Shown: piece after piece, positions 56,772 through 64,000 of the stretch
How the letters are laid out: the number at the start of each line of letters is the position of its first letter
Numbering within the stretch: the stretch's first letter is position 1
Notes under the pieces: model-generated
The model's database searches: none
What the model saw: the letters and a program-made list of their open reading frames with translations, nothing else
Told to the model about the DNA's origin: nothing
From: Candidatus Eiseniibacteriota bacterium
GTDB lineage: Bacteria > Eisenbacteria > RBG-16-71-46 > JABDJR01
Direction: 5' to 3'
Assembly: GCA_963783375.1 (NCBI GenBank)
Contig: CAWANH010000001.1
Location: forward strand, 128,001 to 192,000
DNA length: 64,000 nt
Made by a program: the position numbers and the translations under genes

Positions 56772-57650
56772 TCAAGCCGAGGCGACCCGGGGCGGCGGAG
56801 ACTTCCTGGAGCCGTAACGATACGCGTACACCTGGGTGAACTCGGCGCCGAAGAAGAGGATCTGCGCGGAGTAGTAAACCCAGATCAGGATGATCACCAG
56901 GGATCCCGCCGCTCCGTAGCTCGAGGCGATGCTGCTGCTCCCGAGGTAGAGGCCGATCAGGAACTTCCCCACCGCGAAGAGCACGGCGGTGAGCCCCGCT
57001 CCCCACCATACGTCTCCCCAATCCACATCGGTATCCGGAATGTAGCGAAAGATGAGGGCGAAGAGCAGGGTCACCACCAGGAAGTCCACCAGGAGGTTCC
57101 CCCACTCCAGGAGGTGGAACCAGGCCGGGAGATAGCCTTCGGCGAAGTGGCTGAGCCCCGACAGGAACGCGCTGGTGAGGAGAGAGACCAGGAGCAGGAA
57201 CCCGGTTCCGAGAACCATGATGAAGGAGATCGCCCGGTCCTTGAGGAGGTTCCTCCACCAGCTCCCCTCCCGGCTGCGGACGTTCCAGAGCATGTTCATG
57301 GCGTCCTGGAGCATGTTGAAGACCCCGAGAGCGGCGAAGATCAGCGCGATCACCCCGGCCACCGAGGCCCAGAACCCCGCTCCCGGCCGGTTCGCGCTGG
57401 CCAGCAGAGCCTCTACCGCCCGCGCTCCGTCCCCCCCGATGAGCGAACGGACCTGGGAGACGATCTCACCCCGCGCGGCCTCGGGCCCCAGCACCGCCCC
57501 CGCGATGGCAATGCCGATGATGAGAAGAGGGGCCAACGAGAAGGCGGTGTAGAAGGCCAGGGCCGCGGCCAGACGATGGGCCCGGTCCGCCCGCCACTCC
57601 AGATAGGTATCCTGCAGGAGGCTCATGACGATCTTGATTCTATGATTCAT
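56772..57650 (-). CDS. YihY/BrkB family membrane protein
   Basis: AAALAFYTAFSLAPLL, YGAAGSLVIILIWVYYSAQILFFGAEF. Confidence 0.93.
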   Translation of the reverse strand: MNHRIKIVMSLLQDTYLEWRADRAHRLAAALAFYTAFSLAPLLIIGIAIAGAVLGPEAARGEIVSQVRSLIGGDGARAVEALLASANRPGAGFWASVAGVIALIFAALGVFNMLQDAMNMLWNVRSREGSWWRNLLKDRAISFIMVLGTGFLLLVSLLTSAFLSGLSHFAEGYLPAWFHLLEWGNLLVDFLVVTLLFALIFRYIPDTDVDWGDVWWGAGLTAVLFAVGKFLIGLYLGSSSIASSYGAAGSLVIILIWVYYSAQILFFGAEFTQVYAYRYGSRKSPPPRVASA

Positions 57651-57758
57651 ACCGACGATCGTACGGGGTGAGAGACAACCCCCTAAGCTTAACCCGTTGC
57701 GCCCCCGAATGCCCGTGCGCCCCCGGGCAGGGGGGAGACGTAGGTGGACTCCGGTGGA

Positions 57759-59189
57759 CTAGTACTTCCGGACCGAGGGATCCACTTCGTCGGACCAGGC
57801 CAGGACGCCCCCTTTCAGGTTCCAGACCCGCGGGAAGCCGGCGTCGAGGAGCAGGCGGGCCGCCTTGGCGCTCCTCACCCCCGACCGGCAGTGGATCACG
57901 ATCTCGTGGCCGGGATCGATCTCCCCCACCCGCGCGGCGAACTCGCCCAGGGGGATGAGGCGCGCTCCGGGAATGGAGGCGATCCCGGTCTCGAAAGGCT
58001 CGCGGACGTCGATCAGATCCACCTCCTCCAGCCGGCGCGACAGCTCGGACGCGGTCATCTCCCGGACCCCGAAGGGGCCCGGGGCGCCTTCCCCGGCGCC
58101 GCAGAACTCCTCGTAGTCGATGAGTCCGGTGATCGAGGGACTCTCGCCGCAGACCGGGCAGGACGGGTCCTTGCGGAGGCGCACCTCGCGGAACTCCACG
58201 GCCAGGGCGTCGAAGAGCACCAACCGGCCGATCAGGGGATCGCCGATCCCCAGGAGGAGCTTCACCGTCTCGTTGGCCTGGATGGACCCGATGATGCCGG
58301 GGAGGATTCCCAGGACCCCGCCCTCGGCGCAGCTCGGCACGAGCCCGGGGGGAGGCGGCTCGGGGTAGAGGCACCGGTAGCAGGGGCCGCGCTCTGCATC
58401 GAAGACCGAGGCCTGCCCCTCGAACCGGAAGATGCTGCCGTACACGTTGGGCTTTCCGAGAAGCACGCAGGCGTCGTTGACCAGGTACCGGGTGGCGAAG
58501 TTGTCGGTGCCGTCCACCACCACGTCGTAGCCCTCCAGGATCCCGAGCGCGTTCTCCGAGGTGAGCCGCACGCCGTGAGCCTCGACCTTCACGAAGGGGT
58601 TCACGGCGCGGATCTTCTCCCGGGCGGAATCCAGCTTCGGCCGGCCCACGTCGGCGGTGGCGTGGATGATCTGGCGCTGGAGGTTGGTGTAGTCCACCAC
58701 GTCGAAGTCCACCAGGCCCAACCGGCCCACTCCCGCCGCGGCCAGGTAGAGCCCGAGAGGAGAGCCAAGCCCCCCGACCCCCACCAGGAGCACCGAGGAG
58801 CCCTTGAGGCGCTTCTGTCCCGCGAGCCCCACCTCCGGAATGATGATGTGCCGGCTGTAGCGCCGGAGCTCGTCCGGGGAAAGCTCCCCTTCCGCCGCGC
58901 CGGTCTCGGCGGCGCTCCCCCCGGTCACCGCGGGAACGATCATGAGCTCGTCGCCGTCGGCCAGCGCCGCCTCGTCCCCCCCGAGACGGCGGACGCTTTC
59001 CCGGTTCAGGAACAGGTCGACGAAGCTCCGGACCCGGCCGGAGGCGTCGAAGAGGTGGGGCCGAAGCGCCGGGTATCGCCCGGCCAGATCGGCCAGGGCA
59101 TCCTTCACCCGCTCCCCCTCCACCACGGCCCGGGACAGGTTCCCGGTGTGCTTGCGAAGCACGGTGGGTATGCGCACGTTCACCGACAT
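57759..59189 (-). CDS. moeB: MoaD/CysO-like ubiquitin-like domain fused to MoeB/ThiF E1-like enzyme and rhodanese
   Basis: Ubl ending IVPAVTGG internally; RYSRH, GVGGLG, NLQRQ, DGTDNF, CYRC, SCAEGG, CPVC; rhodanese DVRE...HCRSGVRS. Confidence 0.92.
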   Translation of the reverse strand: MSVNVRIPTVLRKHTGNLSRAVVEGERVKDALADLAGRYPALRPHLFDASGRVRSFVDLFLNRESVRRLGGDEAALADGDELMIVPAVTGGSAAETGAAEGELSPDELRRYSRHIIIPEVGLAGQKRLKGSSVLLVGVGGLGSPLGLYLAAAGVGRLGLVDFDVVDYTNLQRQIIHATADVGRPKLDSAREKIRAVNPFVKVEAHGVRLTSENALGILEGYDVVVDGTDNFATRYLVNDACVLLGKPNVYGSIFRFEGQASVFDAERGPCYRCLYPEPPPPGLVPSCAEGGVLGILPGIIGSIQANETVKLLLGIGDPLIGRLVLFDALAVEFREVRLRKDPSCPVCGESPSITGLIDYEEFCGAGEGAPGPFGVREMTASELSRRLEEVDLIDVREPFETGIASIPGARLIPLGEFAARVGEIDPGHEIVIHCRSGVRSAKAARLLLDAGFPRVWNLKGGVLAWSDEVDPSVRKY

Positions 59190-59259
59190 GGCCTTCTCCT
59201 CGTTCCCCGGGCCCGTGACGGGGCTCGGCCACCACGACCGGGCCCGCCGACGGGGGCGG

Positions 59260-59682
59260 CTACGAACTCTCCAACGGCTCCGGATCGAACCGGGACCGGT
59301 CTTCGGCCAGCACCCAGGATCGCACCTTCTCCGCCTTCCCCTCCCAAACCGAGACGATCACGTAGGAGAGCCCCGGAAAGGCGTGCTCCCGGTCGAAGTT
59401 CGACGGCCGCGCCTCGTGGTCGGGGTGGGAGTGGTAGAAGCCGAGGATCTCCCGCCCCTCCTCCCTCGCAGCGAGCTCCGCCCGAAGATAGGCTTCGGGA
59501 GAGATGAGGTACCGGTGCTCCGGAAAATCGTCGCGCTCGTTCTCCGCCCGCACCAGGCGTGCCACCTCGCGTCCCTCCGGCCCCTCATGACCGAGCAGGA
59601 ACCCGCAGCACTCATGAGGGTAGGTTTCCTCGCCGTGGCGACGGATCGCGTCCAGGCCGGCCGGAGTGAGCTTCAGGTTCAT
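59260..59682 (-). CDS. JAB/MPN+ (M67, Mec-like) metallopeptidase
   Basis: YPHECCGFLLG and YHSHPDHEARPSNFD (JAMM motif); ATG at 59682. Confidence 0.92.
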   Translation of the reverse strand: MNLKLTPAGLDAIRRHGEETYPHECCGFLLGHEGPEGREVARLVRAENERDDFPEHRYLISPEAYLRAELAAREEGREILGFYHSHPDHEARPSNFDREHAFPGLSYVIVSVWEGKAEKVRSWVLAEDRSRFDPEPLESS

Positions 59683-59812
59683 CGGGACCCTCGCCGGATC
59701 GGCTGGTTGAGGCGCCGGTCCGCGATGTCGGGGAAGACGGTCACCGCCGCCCATCTCCCGAGCCGCTCTGCGATCCGGCCGCGCACTGATGATACCGTGG
59801 CCGGCGGAGCCT

Positions 59813-60883
59813 TCAGGGGGACTTCACGTTCCGTACGTGGAGGCAGCCCGGACCGTTCTCCGCGAAGCGGCCCACCACCTTGGCGGCGGGGACCCCTTTG
59901 GTCCGGAGGGCGGCCAGAAGATCGTCGCCCCGTTCCGGAGCCACCGCCAGGAGGAGTCCCCCCGAGGTCTGGGCGTCGGCCAAAAGGATCCGGTCCGTCT
60001 CGTCCAGGCCCTCGTCGAACACCGCGCAGGACTCCAGATAGGCGAGGTTCTTCCAGGAGCCGCCCGGCACCACCCGGGCCGCGGCCAGCTCGCGCACCGC
60101 GGCCTCGGCGAGAACGGGCACGGCCCCGGCGTACACCTCGGCGCAGAGACCGGAGCCCGCCGCCATCTCGTAGAGGTGGCCGAGGAATCCGTAGCCGGTG
60201 ACGTCGGTGGCCGCGCGTACCCCGACCTCGATCGCCGCCTCCCCCGCTCCTCGGTTGAGGACCGCCATCTGCTCCACCACCGCCTTCACCAGCCCGGGCT
60301 CCACCTTCCCCCGCTTGATCCCGGTGGTGAGGATTCCCACCCCGAGCGGCTTGGTGAGGACCAGTAGATCGCCGGCCCGCGCCCCGGTGTTCCGGAGGAT
60401 GCGGTCGGGATGGACCCGTCCGGTGACCGCGAGCCCGAACTTGGGTTCCTTGTCGTCGATGGAGTGGCCCCCCACCACCGTCACCTCCGCCTCCACGCAC
60501 TTGTCGGCGGCTCCCCGGAGGATCTGCTTCAGGACGTCCGGCCCCAGGTCGTCGATGGGAAAGCCCACGATGTTGAGGGCCAGGAACGGAACGCCGCCCA
60601 TGGCGTAGACATCGCTCAGGGCGTTGGCCGCGGCCACTCTCCCGAAATCGTAGGGGTCGTCCACGATCGGGGTGAAGAAATCCAGGGTCTGGACCAGCGC
60701 GAGGTCGTCGGAGACGCGATAGACCGCCGCGTCGTCCGCGGTTTCGTTGCCGACCAGGACGTTCGGATCGTGGAATCTGGGTAGCCCGTCCAGAACCTGG
60801 GCGAGGACGCTCTGCGCGATCTTGCAGGCTCAGCCGGCGCCGTGGCTCAGGGACGTGAGCTTGACGATGTCTTCTCCGCTCAT
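59813..60883 (-). CDS. selD: Selenide, water dikinase; selenoprotein with Sec (TGA) at codon 18
   Basis: MSGEDIVKLTSLSHGAG-TGA(60830-60832)-ACKIA in frame with DDAAVY, QTLDFFTPIVDDPYDFG, ANALSDVYAMGG, TDVTGYG, DAQTSGGLL. Confidence 0.96.
60790..60829 (-). promoter_or_regulatory. Candidate bacterial SECIS hairpin downstream of the selD UGA
   Basis: CCAG-GUU-CUGG stem-loop with a G-initiated loop ~34 nt after the UGA; flanking GCCC/GGGC or GUCC/GGAC pairing possible. Confidence 0.5.
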
Positions 60884-60889
60884 CCGGTA

Positions 60890-60918
60890 AGGGTAGAGGG
60901 GCGCCGGGAGGGGGTCAA
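60890..60918 (-). promoter_or_regulatory. Sigma70-type promoter, probably leaderless, for selD
   Basis: TTGACC-17nt-TACCCT, 6 nt before the ATG, no SD. Confidence 0.55.
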
Positions 60919-60933
60919 CGGGACAGGCGCGGC

Positions 60934-61338
60934 TCAGGAAGCGCGCGAAGGCCCGGGTGAGCGCCAGAGGACGGCGTGAACCAGCGCCCACCCCAGGTCC
61001 GCCGCGCCCACGGCCACGAAGACCCCCGCCCCCACCGGCCGGAGCAGGGCGGCCAGAATCAGCACGAACGCTCCCCCTCCGCCCCGGGCCCAGAGGACGG
61101 AGGGACGGAAGGCGTCGACCGCCGGTGACCGGGCCGCGCCGGCGTAGAGGACCGGGAGGACGAGGAGAGGGAGGGCGGCCAAGTGGAAGTAGAACTCCGA
61201 TCCGGTCACCGGGCTCCCCAGCCCGGCCATCGCCCGGGGTCCGAAAACGAGAATGAAGAGCCCCAGGGCGAGGTCGTAGGCCGCCCCGGCCAGGAGGCTG
61301 GTTCGGAGTGCGCGGTGCGAGGTCCCGTCGCCGCTCAA
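60934..61338 (-). CDS. Hypothetical 4-TM membrane protein
   Basis: Four hydrophobic segments; TTG start overlaps the OPT stop codon. Confidence 0.65.
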   Translation of the reverse strand: MSGDGTSHRALRTSLLAGAAYDLALGLFILVFGPRAMAGLGSPVTGSEFYFHLAALPLLVLPVLYAGAARSPAVDAFRPSVLWARGGGGAFVLILAALLRPVGAGVFVAVGAADLGWALVHAVLWRSPGPSRAS

Positions 61339-63323
61339 CGCCGTTTCACGCCGGAGGTCGCGCTCCAGAAGAGCGCGGCCATCACCAGCAGGAGGAGCGC
61401 CACCCCGGGCCAGGCGAAGTGCTGGGTCTCGAAGAGGGCGAAGACGTTCCGGCCCGCCACCACCAGGGGCACGGCCAGGAGGATTCCGATCAGGGCCTCA
61501 CCGGTGATGAGCCCGGAGGCGAAGAGGAGCCCGTTCCGGTCGGACACCGACTCGATCTCGGGGTCGCGCGCGGCTCCGCGGCGCATCTGGAAGCGCTTGG
61601 CGAAGTGGGAGACCACCCCGCCGAAGAAGATCGGCACCGAGAGCTCGATGGGAAGGTAGATCCCCACCGCCACCGCGAGGACCGGCGCGCGGAACGACGC
61701 CCCGCGGCCCGCCTGGACCTGGTCGAAGATGATGATGAGGACCGCGATCACCGCCCCGATGAGCGCCATCCCCCAGGGGAGCCCGCCGCGGAAGACGCCC
61801 TGGGCCACGCTGGCCATGAGGGTGGCCTGGGGCGCGGTCAGGGGGTTGGGGTGAGCCGCGGTCGGTTCGCCGATCCCGTAGCCCTTCAGGAGCAGGGTGA
61901 GCACCGGGGCCATCACGAAGGCCGCGGTCACCGTGCCCAGGATCTGGGCGGTTTGCTGTTTCCAGGGGGTGGCGCCCAGGATGTGCCCGGCCTTGAGATC
62001 CTGCATGTTGTCCCCGGCGATGGCCGCGGCGCAGCACACCACCGCCCCGATGAAGATGGCCGCCGAGGGCCCGACGTGGCTCTCGGTTCCCATCAACGCC
62101 ACCAGGAGAAGGGACGCGCTCAGGATGGTGGCGATGGTCACTCCGGAGATGGGGTTGTTGCTGCTCCCCACCAGCCCGGCCATGTACCCGGCCACCGCGC
62201 TGAACAGGAACCCCGCGATGAGCATCAGGACCGCCATCAGGATCGCCACCCCCAGCGACTTCACCACGTAGAGGTAGACGAAGAAGATGGGGATCACCGA
62301 GAGCCCGATGGCCCAGAGGACGTAGGGCATGGGGGCGTCGCGCTCGGTGCGGGGAATTTCCTCCGAGGCCTCGGCGCCCGGCCGGAAGGTTCTGAGGCCG
62401 CTCTGGATCCCCAGGATCAGCGAACCCCGGAGGTTCACCAGCGCCCAGAGTCCCCCCACCACCATGGCGCCGATGCCCATGTAGCGGATGTAGTTGCTCC
62501 AGATCCAGTTCGCGGCGTCGGCGGCGCCGGCCTGGTCGGCGGGGATCGCCCCGTGACCGTGCTGGAGCAGCCAGATGGGAATCCCGATGAACCAGCTGAT
62601 GGCCCCGCCCGCGAAGACCAGGACCGCGATGTTGAGCCCCACGATGTAGCCCACCGCCACCAGGGCCGGCGAGAGGTTGGTGCCCCCGTAGATCACCGTG
62701 TTCCCCACGTAGCGCGCCTTCTCGAAGGTGGCGGTCCAGAGGTTCAGCCCGGCTTCCCCGAACTTGAAGGCGCCCCCGATCAGCGCCGCCGCGGCCAGGT
62801 ACCAGACCGCCGAGCCCCCTTCCTCGCCGCTCTGTAACACCTCGGCCGTGGCCACGCCTTCGGGGAATCGAAGCGGCTGATCCACGATCAGCGCCCGGCG
62901 GAGGGGGATGGTGAAGAACACCCCGACCACCCCGCCCAACGCGGCGATCATCGTGGTCTCCCAGTAGTCGAAATGCTGCCAGTAGCCGAGGATGATCAGG
63001 GCGGGGAGAGTGAAGATGACCCCCGCGGCCAGGGACTCGCCCGCCGAGGCCGCGGTCTGGACCAGGTTGTTCTCGAGGATGTTGGAGCGCCGGAAGAGCC
63101 GGAGCACGGCCATGGAGATGACCGCGGCGGGGATGGAGGCGCTCACCGTCATGCCCGCGAAGAGCCCCAGGTACGCGTTGGCGCTGGCCAGGGCCATGGA
63201 CAGGAGGACGCCGAGGATCAGCGCCTTCGGGGTGAGCTCGGGAAGGCTCACCGAGGCCGGAATGCGGGGCTCGTGGGCGGGCGCTCCCTTTCGTCCGGGG
63301 GCGGGCGCGGCCTGGTCAGCCAT
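61335..63323 (-). CDS. OPT family oligopeptide transporter
   Basis: NAYLGLFAGMTVSASIPAAVIS, ENNLVQTAASAGES, FPEGVATAEVL, GSSNNPISG, QDLKAGHILGATP, APQATLM. Confidence 0.95.
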   Translation of the reverse strand: MADQAAPAPGRKGAPAHEPRIPASVSLPELTPKALILGVLLSMALASANAYLGLFAGMTVSASIPAAVISMAVLRLFRRSNILENNLVQTAASAGESLAAGVIFTLPALIILGYWQHFDYWETTMIAALGGVVGVFFTIPLRRALIVDQPLRFPEGVATAEVLQSGEEGGSAVWYLAAAALIGGAFKFGEAGLNLWTATFEKARYVGNTVIYGGTNLSPALVAVGYIVGLNIAVLVFAGGAISWFIGIPIWLLQHGHGAIPADQAGAADAANWIWSNYIRYMGIGAMVVGGLWALVNLRGSLILGIQSGLRTFRPGAEASEEIPRTERDAPMPYVLWAIGLSVIPIFFVYLYVVKSLGVAILMAVLMLIAGFLFSAVAGYMAGLVGSSNNPISGVTIATILSASLLLVALMGTESHVGPSAAIFIGAVVCCAAAIAGDNMQDLKAGHILGATPWKQQTAQILGTVTAAFVMAPVLTLLLKGYGIGEPTAAHPNPLTAPQATLMASVAQGVFRGGLPWGMALIGAVIAVLIIIFDQVQAGRGASFRAPVLAVAVGIYLPIELSVPIFFGGVVSHFAKRFQMRRGAARDPEIESVSDRNGLLFASGLITGEALIGILLAVPLVVAGRNVFALFETQHFAWPGVALLLLVMAALFWSATSGVKRR

Positions 63324-63458
63324 GGGCGTCTCCTTGGCGAACGGGGGTCGAGGTCACGGAACGGGCGCCGGGGCCCCGGAAGGACGCGCGCGGCGCCGCC
63401 CCCGGGCCCTACGTACCATAGCGAAGGTCGCGCCCTCCGGCCAACCCGCCTCCCGAGG

Positions 63459-64000
63459 TCAGGAGCCCGCGGCCGCCCGGGCCACCGCCTGCTTGAACGC
63501 GGTGAAGCCCGGATCGGCGGTGACCAGCGTCTTCGGGGCGAAGCCGTCGATCTCGTTCTGGACGTCCTTGATCCGGTCCTCGGTCAGGGGGTGGCTGGCG
63601 AAGAACTGCTCGATGGAGCTCGGCTTCGATTGCCGGATCTGGAGGAGAACGCGGAAGAAGTCCACCATACCCTCGGGGTCCACCCCCGCCTCGTACATGT
63701 AGCGGGCCCCCAGACGGTCGGCTTCCGCCTCGGCGCTCCGGCTGAACTTCGACACCGCGCCGTTGGCGAGGACGGAGGCCAGGATCTGCTCGTAGACCGC
63801 GGGGTTCTTGCCCAGGACCAGCGAGGCCACCATGGCGATCCCGTACTGCTTGGTGAGGTTCTCGACCCCGTGGCGGGCCAGGCCGTGGGAGCACTCGTGG
63901 GCCATGACCCCCATGAGCTCGGCATAGGAGTCGGCCTCGGCCACCAGGCCCGAGTGCAGGTAGACGTAGCCGCCGGGGATGTTGAAGGCGTTCACGGTGT
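63459..64000 (-). CDS. M48 family metallopeptidase, 3' part (5' end outside window)
   Basis: VNAFNIPGG, AHECSH (HExxH), FSRSAEAEADRLG, FFASHP..EDRI. Confidence 0.92.
   Translation of the reverse strand, partial: TVNAFNIPGGYVYLHSGLVAEADSYAELMGVMAHECSHGLARHGVENLTKQYGIAMVASLVLGKNPAVYEQILASVLANGAVSKFSRSAEAEADRLGARYMYEAGVDPEGMVDFFRVLLQIRQSKPSSIEQFFASHPLTEDRIKDVQNEIDGFAPKTLVTADPGFTAFKQAVARAAAGS

Overview
High-GC bacterial chromosomal window, probably from an uncultured lineage. An FlgD-Ig-tailed secreted protein and the general gene content suggest a Latescibacterota/Eisenbacteria/Krumholzibacteriota-like organism; this is inference only. Bases 1 to ~19.4 kb carry many single-base frameshifts and three in-frame stops, best explained as long-read consensus errors; beyond ~20 kb ORFs are almost all intact. 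In order, the window holds: partial HMG-CoA lyase; a 14-repeat beta-propeller secreted protein; two CbcL-like multiheme cytochrome c/cytochrome b fusions (~11 and ~19 hemes); an uncharacterised FMN TIM-barrel-like protein; a yodTSRQ-like amine catabolism operon plus gabT; a HybA/HybB(NrfD)/13-heme cytochrome module; phosphohexomutase; GH57; a complete rRNA operon (16S-tRNAIle-tRNAAla-23S-5S); tyrS; PBP1A; a sigma factor/zinc anti-sigma-TPR/CHAT-protease lipoprotein triad; a heme biosynthesis operon with an embedded nucleoside phosphorylase; cdd; mazG; twin XRE-cupin regulators; a 3D-domain protein; DUF190-crcB-rsgA; yihY; a Ubl-E1-rhodanese fusion with a JAB peptidase next to a selenocysteine-containing SelD; an OPT transporter; and a partial M48 peptidase. 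The best candidates for an undescribed system are the CHAT-lipoprotein/anti-sigma/double-sigma4 triad (34.4-39.2 kb) and the Sec-SelD + JAB + Ubl-E1-rhodanese locus (57.8-60.9 kb). No CRISPR array or mobile element was seen.
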